Virus genome (UHGV): UHGV-0203268
DNA length: 41,256 nucleotides
Origin: a virus
Strand: one strand, 5' to 3'
Shown here: in pieces, positions 1-7,751 of the stretch
How the letters are laid out: every line of letters begins with the position of its first letter
Position numbering within the stretch: position 1 is the first letter of the stretch
Notes under the pieces: generated by a model
Told to the model about the DNA's origin: nothing
Databases searched by the model: none
What the model saw: the letters and a program-made list of their open reading frames with translations, nothing else
Made by a program: the position numbers and the translations under genes

Positions 1-1068
1 TTGGAATTAGAAAAGTTTAAAGATGATTTGAAAAATTTGGGTAAAAGAGTTACGAACCTAAAAGATAATATTGCTACTGAAGAAGCCACAAAAACATCTC
101 TAATTATGCCTTTCTTTGCTAGTTTAGGATATGACATATTTAATCCTACAGAGTTTGTACCTGAGTTTACAGCTGATGTAGGTATAAAAAAAGGTGAAAA
201 AGTTGATTACGCAGTAGTATTAGATGGAAAACCTATGATACTTGTCGAAGCAAAATCTATTAATGAAGTATTAACAAAACATGATTCTCAGCTGTTCCGC
301 TACTTTGGTACAACCGAATCAAAATTTGGAATTCTAACAAACGGAAAAGAATATAAATTTTTTACTGATCTAGACGAACCAAATAAAATGGATCTAACCC
401 CTTTTCTTTCCATTGATATAACGAAAATTAAAGATTCTCAAATACCTGAATTAGTTAAATTCCATAAAGATAACTTCGACATAGATAAAATTATAAGTAG
501 TGCATCAGAACTTAAATACTTAAGCAATCTAAAGACTTATCTTGATAAAGAATGGGAAAACCCTAGTGATGACTTCGTTAAATATTTATTAGGTGAAATA
601 TACGATGGAATGAAAACAAAACAAACCGTGGATAGATTTCAACCTATTATCAAGAAAGGTTTAAATCAATATATCCAAGAGAAAGTTAACGACAAACTTA
701 ATGCTGCGTTAAAAACTTCTACAACACCAGATGAAGTTATTATCGAAGACAATGATGAAGAAATCATAATTAAAGATGGTGGAGAAATTGTTACCACACA
801 AGAAGAATTGGAATCATATACTATAGTTAAAATCGTTCTAAAAGATTTGATATCTCTAGACCGTCTGTTTTATAGAGATAACAAAAGTTACTTTAACATT
901 TTGCTAGATGACAACATTAGAAAATGGATATTACGTGTGAGAATTGGAAGTACGACTAGTAAAATTGAACTCAACAATGAAGAAAAAACAGTATTTGAAA
1001 TTGACTCACCTATAGATATTTACAACTATTCAGATGATATTATAAATGTAACGAAAAAATTCTTGTAG
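1..1068 (+). CDS. HsdR_N-like PD-(D/E)xK nuclease-fold protein (type I restriction enzyme R N-terminal domain family, stand-alone); may be 5'-truncated by the window edge, first codon TTG at position 1
   Basis: N-terminal TKTSLIMPFFASLGYDIF...VDYAVVLDGKPMILVEAKS carries an intact D...E-x-K catalytic triad typical of the HsdR N-terminal / Mrr-like fold. C-terminal ~200 aa is lysine- and acidic-rich with no recognised domain. The ORF runs from the first base of the window. Confidence 0.55.
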   Translation: MELEKFKDDLKNLGKRVTNLKDNIATEEATKTSLIMPFFASLGYDIFNPTEFVPEFTADVGIKKGEKVDYAVVLDGKPMILVEAKSINEVLTKHDSQLFRYFGTTESKFGILTNGKEYKFFTDLDEPNKMDLTPFLSIDITKIKDSQIPELVKFHKDNFDIDKIISSASELKYLSNLKTYLDKEWENPSDDFVKYLLGEIYDGMKTKQTVDRFQPIIKKGLNQYIQEKVNDKLNAALKTSTTPDEVIIEDNDEEIIIKDGGEIVTTQEELESYTIVKIVLKDLISLDRLFYRDNKSYFNILLDDNIRKWILRVRIGSTTSKIELNNEEKTVFEIDSPIDIYNYSDDIINVTKKFL

Positions 1069-1077
1069 GAGGATGAT

Positions 1078-1419
1078 ATGGGACTCTTTAGTAAAAAAAA
1101 TAAAAACGCTCCTACTGCAATGCAAAAAGCTACGCAATCTGTAATGCTAAGCATTCAATCTGATAGTAGAGGTAAGGTTAAACTGACTCAAAGCTCGAAA
1201 AGGCTTATACAAATGAATCCTGGAGAAGTTCAATTCATTGAAGAAAAAGGCAAGATTTATACTTTAAATAAGGTTGATCTAGACATCATTCCTAATTCGA
1301 AACATTCAAGCGGATTGCTTTACCTAACTGATAAAGATAATGGTCAAAAAATCGTTATTGGGTTTCAAGTTTCAAAGGACGCAGGAATGTTCTTGAAAAC
1401 ATTCATACCCGCTTTTTGA
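1078..1419 (+). CDS. hypothetical 113-aa protein (possibly bacterial PH/GRAM-like fold)
   Basis: Strong RBS AGGAGG five nt before the ATG at 1078. Lies 10 nt after the upstream stop, so probably co-transcribed with it. Followed by a terminator. Confidence 0.5.
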   Translation: MGLFSKKNKNAPTAMQKATQSVMLSIQSDSRGKVKLTQSSKRLIQMNPGEVQFIEEKGKIYTLNKVDLDIIPNSKHSSGLLYLTDKDNGQKIVIGFQVSKDAGMFLKTFIPAF

Positions 1420-1421
1420 TT

Positions 1422-1446
1422 AGCCTTCGGGCTTTTCTTTTTAAGA
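1422..1446 (+). terminator. rho-independent terminator (AGCC-TTCG-GGCT tetraloop hairpin plus TTTTCTTTTT)
   Basis: Short GC stem with a TTCG loop followed by a T-tract immediately after the 1419 stop. Confidence 0.45.
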
Positions 1447-1473
1447 TCAAAACGAACATACATTCGTTTTGAT
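1446..1473. promoter_or_regulatory. perfect inverted repeat ATCAAAACGAA-N6-TTCGTTTTGAT, candidate operator upstream of the integrase operon
   Basis: 11-bp arms seen directly. Related CGAAC/GTTCG palindromes recur at 3124-3145, 3234-3247 and 3439-3454. Confidence 0.4.
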
Positions 1474-1572
1474 TATAAATAAATACGAAAAAACGTCATA
1501 TTTTTGATAATATTCGTGCTGATTCACTCAAATATTGATTTTAATTACTAAAATTACGAAAGGTTGATTTTT

Positions 1573-1851
1573 ATGAATCCATACAAATTGAGAGAGAGAT
1601 TAAAGAAAGATGTTCCAACCGTCGGAATATTCCCTGTTTTGACAAATCCTGATTACAGCGAGGAGGAATATCAAGAAATATTACAGGATCAATTGCGAAT
1701 AAAACATGATTTAGAAACGGGAAAAGTCAGAAAAGTACCTGCCTTCACTTATGAAGAAAAACAATTAGGTCTTGATAAGTTGTATGAAAAAGGTTGGTAT
1801 AAACCAAAGATGATTGAACTACCAGAATCCATATTAAGGAATGATGATTGA
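1573..1851 (+). CDS. hypothetical small protein (~92 aa) translationally coupled to the integrase
   Basis: The ORF track starts at a TTG at 1564, but GAAAGG sits ~10 nt before the ATG at 1573. The stop TGA overlaps the integrase ATG (TGATG). Confidence 0.45.
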   Translation: MNPYKLRERLKKDVPTVGIFPVLTNPDYSEEEYQEILQDQLRIKHDLETGKVRKVPAFTYEEKQLGLDKLYEKGWYKPKMIELPESILRNDD

Positions 1852-3074
1852 TGGCTTCTATAAAGAAATATTACCTAAAAACATCAAAACAATATAGATA
1901 TGAAGTTTTCGTTTCTAATGGAATTAATCCCGGAACTGGTAAACAAATCAAGATACACAAAAAAGGATTTAAGTCATTTGAGGAAGCAAATAGTTATGCC
2001 AAAATAATTGAAGGAAAAATAGCATCCGACGAATATTTCAAAGAAAATCCTCGGAATTTAACAATAGAAGAATTTCTTGAGGATTGGGTAACTAATTATA
2101 AGCAGGCTGTAAAAGAAGGCACTCGTGTGGTCCACAGAGCGAATATACGAATGTATATAAAACCCTATATAGGAAAATATTCTTTAAACAAATACACACG
2201 AGCCAACCATCAAAAGTTCATTAATATGCTGCTCAATAAGAAAGGACTAGGACGAAGTGGTCAAGGTTTGTCCATCACTACTGCCAAAAACGTAAATGCT
2301 ACTCTCAGCAATGCTTTTAAAAAAGCAATTCAATTAGGATATATAAAAGAAAACCCTACTCAGTTTGTTGAGTTTCCAAGAATGATTGAGAAAAAAGAAT
2401 CGATCAGATATTATGATTTGCAGCAAGCTGATAGATTTTTAGAATTTGCGAAAAAAGAATCCGAGGTTTTGTGGTACCCCTTCTTCCTACTAATCTTTGA
2501 TCAAGGATTGAGGAAATCAGAAGTAATGGGTTTACAGTGGCAAGATATTGATTTTGGCGGAAACACGATAAGCATTGAAAGAGAACGTTTGGGTGCAGTT
2601 GAAAAAGGCGAAAACGTTAATGCAATTATTACAGAGGATCCGAAAACACCGGCAGGAATCAGAAGTATGCCAATGACCAAAAGAAGTAAACAAGCCCTGC
2701 TTGCTTTTAGAAATCATATCTTAAACATCTTTGGTACCTTCCCTTCCACTGAAGATGGTGAACAATTTATCTTCTTGCAAACCAGTAAGAGATACAAAGG
2801 GAAAATCGTCCGTGATCGATCAGTGAATGGCGCATTTAATCGGATTGCTGAAAAAGCTGAATTACCGAAAATTAGAGTCCACGATGGCCGGCATACATTT
2901 GCAGTAAGGTCTCGACAAGCTGGTCTATCTTTAGAAGATATAAAAGACTTTCTTGGCCACAAGGATATTTCAACAACTCAAATCTATGCCCATATTTCAC
3001 CAGAGGTTAAAAAAAGGTCTATGGAACAGTTCGAAAACTACATCGAAAGCGAAAGAAAAAAGCACTCGCAATGA
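1851..3074 (+). CDS. int: tyrosine site-specific integrase with N-terminal Arm DNA-binding domain
   Basis: C-terminal HDGRHTFAVRSRQAGLSLEDIKDFLGHKDISTTQIYAHI contains the R..HxxR..Y catalytic signature. N-terminal KKYYLKTSKQYRYEV...KGFKSFEEANSY is typical of phage/ICE integrase arm-binding domains. Confidence 0.9.
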   Translation: MASIKKYYLKTSKQYRYEVFVSNGINPGTGKQIKIHKKGFKSFEEANSYAKIIEGKIASDEYFKENPRNLTIEEFLEDWVTNYKQAVKEGTRVVHRANIRMYIKPYIGKYSLNKYTRANHQKFINMLLNKKGLGRSGQGLSITTAKNVNATLSNAFKKAIQLGYIKENPTQFVEFPRMIEKKESIRYYDLQQADRFLEFAKKESEVLWYPFFLLIFDQGLRKSEVMGLQWQDIDFGGNTISIERERLGAVEKGENVNAIITEDPKTPAGIRSMPMTKRSKQALLAFRNHILNIFGTFPSTEDGEQFIFLQTSKRYKGKIVRDRSVNGAFNRIAEKAELPKIRVHDGRHTFAVRSRQAGLSLEDIKDFLGHKDISTTQIYAHISPEVKKRSMEQFENYIESERKKHSQ

Positions 3075-3086
3075 GTGCTTTTACTC
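3061..3086 (+). terminator. rho-independent terminator overlapping the integrase stop codon
   Basis: AGCACTC-GCAAT-GAGTGCT hairpin followed by TTTTACT. Confidence 0.5.
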
Positions 3087-3088
3087 TG

Positions 3089-3376
3089 TCACTATCACCA
3101 AAACTATCACCAGTTACAAACTAAAGCGAACATGTTTCGTTCACCACAAATTTATAAAAGTGGTAGAAGTATTGATTTATAGACGTTCGTTCAATTCTTT
3201 TGCAAGCTCTTCAAAGCCTGGTTTGCCAAGCAATGCGAACATGTTTTTCTTATACATTCTACCCTTTTTCTAGTATTTCTCTATTTTAAAAATACCATTA
3301 TATCAACGTTTCCCCTCTAATTTTTCTTTTCTATCATTTCGATATTTTCTTTTCGCTATCACCGAAACTATCACCA
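3089..3376. repeat. att-like region containing two copies of a 22-bp direct repeat CTATCACC-RAAA-CTATCACCAG (3092-3113 and 3355-3376), i.e. four CTATCACC units; candidate arm-type integrase binding sites
   Basis: Repeats read directly from the sequence. The region is non-coding and lies immediately downstream of an Arm-domain integrase. Confidence 0.45.
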
Positions 3377-3479
3377 GAAATTCTCATCTTTTCTACTCGT
3401 TCTCACGTTACAATTTAAAGATCTGTTCGCTTTACAAAACGAACAAACGTTCGTATACTTTTCGTGAGGAGTGATAATT

Positions 3480-3839
3480 ATGGGAATGATTAAACCTTAC
3501 GAGGACCGGAAAAAATTAAAATGGATTGGATTCTTTTTATCGGAACATACAACAAGTGTAAATAAAGTTGAAGAAGAACGAGCTTACACTTACCCACCTA
3601 AACCGGAAATGGAAATTGAAGAAATTGGAGAATTTTTACAAGAGGCTCTTTTGAAGAATAAAAAGATTGCTGTCCAGCTTAACTATACACAGAATGACAA
3701 ATTCATGCCGGACATTGTAGGCCGCCTTTCTGGGCATAATGAAATAGGAATTTACGTTGATTCTACTCTCGTTGAATATGAGGAAATTCGAAATGTAGAA
3801 TTTTTCCAAGGAGAACTGAAATGGTTTGATCTCTCATGA
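3480..3839 (+). CDS. hypothetical protein (~119 aa)
   Basis: RBS GAGGAGTGA five nt before the ATG at 3480. The track ORF starts at a GTG at 3471. No recognised domain. Confidence 0.5.
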   Translation: MGMIKPYEDRKKLKWIGFFLSEHTTSVNKVEEERAYTYPPKPEMEIEEIGEFLQEALLKNKKIAVQLNYTQNDKFMPDIVGRLSGHNEIGIYVDSTLVEYEEIRNVEFFQGELKWFDLS

Positions 3840-4108
3840 ATATAATCAGTCAGTATGAGCAGCGTTATATCTCCTATTCGCAGTTTATACAAGAGTTTCC
3901 AGATTCAATTTCTGAGTCACAAGAGTGCCTTTATGGTACAAAATGCGTAGAGTTTTATGTTGCTGTCACACTAAATAAACCAAACTGTTGCTGCTATTAT
4001 GTACAACCATATGGAGGCGATCGATGTGAAATCATTGAAAGGTGTAGTTTCGAAAATAAGAATGTTGAAAATGTCGAGGACCCCTTTAGTGCGTTTCTCG
4101 TTGAATAA
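3836..4108 (+). CDS. hypothetical Cys-rich small protein (90 aa)
   Basis: ATGA overlap with the upstream ORF. Contains a CCCYY...C..C cluster. Confidence 0.4.
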   Translation: MNIISQYEQRYISYSQFIQEFPDSISESQECLYGTKCVEFYVAVTLNKPNCCCYYVQPYGGDRCEIIERCSFENKNVENVEDPFSAFLVE

Positions 4109-4295
4109 TGTAAACTGTCTAATTGCTGCCCACAGTTTGAACTTTTTAGCTGACGTGGACGAAGGGATGCAGATAGTAGTTGCTGGCGAGTATAATGATC
4201 GGAAGCAGTTTGTTGTGAAGAAGTATTCGGTGATTGGTAAAACTAGAATTATGGTGGAATTTGAAGCAATTAAAAAAGACCTTAGCATGAGGTAG
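3999..4295 (+). CDS. hypothetical protein (98 aa; overlaps the previous ORF in another frame; true start may be internal at ~4062, or the pair may be a frameshifted single gene)
   Basis: ORF followed by a weak hairpin/T-rich terminator-like sequence at ~4276-4310. Confidence 0.3.
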   Translation: MYNHMEAIDVKSLKGVVSKIRMLKMSRTPLVRFSLNNVNCLIAAHSLNFLADVDEGMQIVVAGEYNDRKQFVVKKYSVIGKTRIMVEFEAIKKDLSMR

Positions 4296-4406
4296 GGTCT
4301 TTCGGCTTCACTTTACTTTACTATCTATATTTATTTTAATCTCTATAGAATTTCGTACTAAGTCTATTAGTATTTTCTTTTAAAAAATCTACATGTATCC
4401 AAAATA

Positions 4407-5081
4407 TCAACACTTACTTTTCAAGTAATCTCCATCGCATGTTCTTCTTCCATCAATATGTAATGACAACGATGGCTTTATATCATTTCCCAATGAATCT
4501 AAAATGAAATCAATACCTTCTCTTCGCGCTAGTTTTGCTGCGGGAACGAAATCACTATCTCCTGCAATGAGAACTATTTTATCTACTTGCTCTTTGAACG
4601 CTAAGCTAGCTATATCCAGACCAATGCGCATATCTACCCCTTTTTGCTGAATAGATAATGCTAAGTCTTTTTCCGTCAAATCCTCAATTTTTTTATTGCC
4701 TCGGAGTATCCTTTTAGTAATTTCTGGGCGCAAATTATAATGAACAGAATTTTCACTAAGCTCTCCGAATCTGAGTGCCACTTTTCGGCGTTTGGCTAAT
4801 TCTTGAAAAAATTCTGTTGCCCATTTTTTTGTCTCACTTTTGGAAAAATCAATTGTTTTTTTTGTTAAAGGATGAAAAACTTGTTTGTCTACTGGCGCAC
4901 AGTCATAATAAAAAATCCTGTATAACTCATCGTAATGTTTTTCTCCATACCACTTATCACTCAAATGTCGAATGCAATAGCTGTATAGTTCTTCAGCCCT
5001 TTCTTTTGGTGACATATCACCTTTAATGCTATAAGCTCTTTTTCTATAAAATCCACCGTCTACCAATATCGCTACTCTCAT
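4407..5081 (-). CDS. NYN-domain (LabA/PIN-like) putative ribonuclease
   Basis: RVAILVDGGF...IVLIAGDSDFVPAAKLARREGIDF matches the NYN/PIN-like acidic-residue pattern. The true start is probably the ATG at 5081 with RBS GGGAGG; the track ORF begins at an upstream GTG at 5120. Confidence 0.7.
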   Translation of the reverse strand: MRVAILVDGGFYRKRAYSIKGDMSPKERAEELYSYCIRHLSDKWYGEKHYDELYRIFYYDCAPVDKQVFHPLTKKTIDFSKSETKKWATEFFQELAKRRKVALRFGELSENSVHYNLRPEITKRILRGNKKIEDLTEKDLALSIQQKGVDMRIGLDIASLAFKEQVDKIVLIAGDSDFVPAAKLARREGIDFILDSLGNDIKPSLSLHIDGRRTCDGDYLKSKC

Positions 5082-5092
5082 ACGTTTCCTCC

Positions 5093-5153
5093 CAAACAAA
5101 AAAGCCTTTGATTTCGGCACTTCCCGTATTGTGAGAGGTCTACTATCAAAGGC
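5093..5153 (-). terminator. terminator-like leader hairpin (9-bp stem GCCTTTGAT/ATCAAAGGC, 32-nt loop, then T6GTTT) directly abutting the NYN RBS; candidate attenuator
   Basis: Seen directly: the stem, and a T-tract on the minus strand that ends about 3 nt before the Shine-Dalgarno. Confidence 0.4.
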
Positions 5154-5314
5154 GAATTAACTTTTTTATACGAGGACTTCCTCTTATTAATTATTTTAGC
5201 GAACATTAGCTAATTTTTCAACTATTTTATTTAAGAATTTTCATTTTCTATCAATTGATCGATTAAATTATTAACACTAAGTCAACTAGCATACTATAAA
5301 TTAATTATTTTCCG

Positions 5315-5342
5315 AGCCCGCCGAAGCGGGCTATTTATTTAT
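5315..5342 (+). terminator. rho-independent terminator AGCCCGC-CGAA-GCGGGCT plus ATTTATTTAT
   Basis: Perfect 7-bp GC-rich stem with a T-rich tail. Confidence 0.55.
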
Positions 5343-6006
5343 AAAAACCAACCATCTCCATAGAGGAGCAACATAATTAAATGAATTTTTTTATGAATAT
5401 TGTTTTTCACATTTCATGCTGGTCAAAAAAAGTTATATACTTCTCTAAAAGTTTAAAATCCTGTTCCAAATTTTTTCTAATGATTATCTGATCTCCGAAA
5501 AACGATTTTCGAGATGTACGTGCTATCTTGTGATAAACATTATTTTTAATTAAATAGTCTAATTCTTCATTATTTTTCTCGAGGTTGCTTTGATCAGACG
5601 AAGATTGAAAGTATCATATCGAATAGTATTCTAGGTGTCTTGCATTGTTAATGACTTTTCTATAATGTAGTTTATCAACTTTCATAGAATCACCTCTAAT
5701 ATAAATTTACATCATTCTTAACTTTCTATCAATATGTTTAATTAATAAAATGCAGATTTTAATCTTATAATTAATATAAATGGGTAAAATTTTAAAGTTA
5801 AGAACATATTATAAGAGATTTATAATCAATAATATCTATTACGTTGAAATCGTGATAAAATAAATAAGAAGAGTACTATGCGCACTTCCCCAAGCTTTTC
5901 CCTTGCATAGTGCTCTTCATTGACGATTTAATATCGCCTTACAAAGTCTACAATAAAATAATTTTTAATTCAAATGAAAAGAATAACGTTTAATATTTCG
6001 TTTATA

Positions 6007-6034
6007 AGCTCGCCAAAGCGGGCTATTTTTGTTT
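6007..6034. terminator. terminator hairpin AGCTCGC-CAAA-GCGGGCT plus ATTTTTGTTT; near-duplicate of the 5315 element; abuts the endolysin stop
   Basis: 7-bp stem with one G-U pair. The T-tract is on the + side, so it may act bidirectionally for the minus-strand lysis operon. Confidence 0.4.
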
Positions 6035-7007
6035 ACTTAATATCTTGTTCGAGAAACCACGAATTTACATCGTCCAGCAAATATGCCTTTTTAGATCTCG
6101 ATTGGTTAACAGATTTTACTTTCTTAATTTTGTACTTCTGTCCTTTAACCCAATTCGGAATCTTTTGTCCAGTTTGGTAGTTTGTTGCGAAGCTTTGAAC
6201 GGTCACAGTATCGCCAACTTTGTATGTCGCATTACTACTTGTCACAAGCTGAATGTCGTTCTTATGCGCCCATCCGAGGCTGTCGATAAGATATGGCTTG
6301 TTCCCGCTGACTACACGCTTGATTGTACCTGTTTTTCCACGACTAGCAGTCGAACGCCCAGCTCCTGTACTATCCTTGTAAAGCGCATCAGTGATTTTAA
6401 CTTTGTCGCCCACTTTAAAACTTGTTGAAGCAGCTGGCTTGCTTGTGGATGTATTGTTGGTGCTAGATGAATTTGCAGAATATCCGAACACAGCCAGCGC
6501 CGCATTAACTGCTGCATCCATTTTAGCGAATAAAGTTTTCATATCTGATGCGTTGTCGATAAATCCCCATTCGATCAACAGGACTTTTTTACCTGATCCC
6601 GAGTTACGAGCGATACCTAGCCAAGAGCCATCTTTGGCGCCACGATCAACTAAACCTAATGTTTTGGCAATTGCGGCAGATACCTTAGCTGCTGTTGCTT
6701 TATTGCTTGCTGAACCATATAAGACTTCCACGCCCGTAGCTTTTCCGTTGAAGGCATTCAAGTGGTTAGAAATTTGCCAACCGTCAGCACATTTGTTGAT
6801 GTTCGCCGCTACATTGTTGATAATTCCATTCGATGTCGAGCTTGTATTATCGGTAACGTTCTTAGCACCAGTTTTCTTGACCATTAAATCGGTGATTGTA
6901 CGTGCTACATCCGCTTCTTTATACCCGTTGCCTACCGCTCCTGGATCTGTCCATGCATTTCCGTTTTTCTTTCCGCCATGTCCTGCGTGTACCGATTGGA
7001 TTGTCAT
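6033..7007 (-). CDS. endolysin: N-acetylmuramoyl-L-alanine amidase (Amidase_3 type) with two C-terminal SH3b-like cell-wall-binding repeats
   Basis: N-terminal SVHAGHGG...DPGAVG matches the MurNAc-LAA motif. C-terminal duplicated FKVGDKVKIT... / YKVGDTVTVQ... modules. Confidence 0.8.
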   Translation of the reverse strand: MTIQSVHAGHGGKKNGNAWTDPGAVGNGYKEADVARTITDLMVKKTGAKNVTDNTSSTSNGIINNVAANINKCADGWQISNHLNAFNGKATGVEVLYGSASNKATAAKVSAAIAKTLGLVDRGAKDGSWLGIARNSGSGKKVLLIEWGFIDNASDMKTLFAKMDAAVNAALAVFGYSANSSSTNNTSTSKPAASTSFKVGDKVKITDALYKDSTGAGRSTASRGKTGTIKRVVSGNKPYLIDSLGWAHKNDIQLVTSSNATYKVGDTVTVQSFATNYQTGQKIPNWVKGQKYKIKKVKSVNQSRSKKAYLLDDVNSWFLEQDIK

Positions 7008-7049
7008 AAATATTCCTCCTTTAGATATAGAAAAAGAGCAGCCGATTGG

Positions 7050-7502
7050 CTACTCCTTCTTGTCTGTAAATTCTTGGCCATCGCCATAATCTGGTTTTTC
7101 TTCAGTCGGTGTTTCGTTATTTACTTTTAATCGTTTCATAATAGGGTCAAATACATTTGTTAAGACGCCAATCTTGTTTAGGTTCTCTATGATACTAATA
7201 AACTCATTGACCATTTCAAGTGTGTACACACTGATGATTACAGTGACTGAAACAATATCCGGTAATACGACAGTCAAGGGAACGATTGCTACCAATACTA
7301 GCAATAACGCAAATTTTTTCAATAACCCTGTACTCATTTTCCCTGATTTCAACTCATGATTGGCATAAGCTTGGATAAAACCAGTACCCACATCGATCGC
7401 CATCAAAACCAAAATAAATACTAACCAAATCACAATTTTCCCATATTCATCTTTCATCATTTCCTGCGCCCACAACAACATTTTCATATCCATAAATCTC
7501 AC
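7050..7502 (-). CDS. holin (phi LC3 / LL-H-like family)
   Basis: 150 aa with three predicted transmembrane helices and a charged C-terminus. Located immediately upstream of the endolysin. Confidence 0.7.
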   Translation of the reverse strand: MRFMDMKMLLWAQEMMKDEYGKIVIWLVFILVLMAIDVGTGFIQAYANHELKSGKMSTGLLKKFALLLVLVAIVPLTVVLPDIVSVTVIISVYTLEMVNEFISIIENLNKIGVLTNVFDPIMKRLKVNNETPTEEKPDYGDGQEFTDKKE

Positions 7503-7751
7503 TTTCCTTTTCTATTTTTGACATTAAGCAACATAAAAAGGAGCAAGCTTTACGCCTGCTCCTCTACTTCATTTAATAAATCATCTTCAATCGTCCAGAC
7601 TTTTTCTTGAAACTCGTCAACATCGGTACGGCATTCTAAGCGGTTCTGAAGATACAAATCTGATGTCAGATCTGTTGAGCTACCACATTTAAATCTGACC
7701 ACTCTTTAGTTGTAATCTCTGCCTTACCCATAGTTTACCCTCCCATAGTTA

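Noticed and set aside
2532-2962. Two minus-strand ORFs (61 and 82 aa) inside the integrase gene
   Set aside because: Entirely antisense to a well-supported integrase CDS, with no RBS. Treated as shadow ORFs.
3971-4288. 105-aa minus-strand ORF opposite the 3836-4295 plus-strand ORFs
   Set aside because: Hydrophobic low-complexity translation with no RBS, opposite two RBS- or coupling-supported + ORFs. Likely spurious, although the overlap of the 3836 and 3999 frames leaves this locus uncertain.
6045-7089. Plus-strand ORFs (127 and 232 aa) overlapping the endolysin
   Set aside because: Antisense to a confidently identified amidase gene, with low-complexity translations. Spurious.
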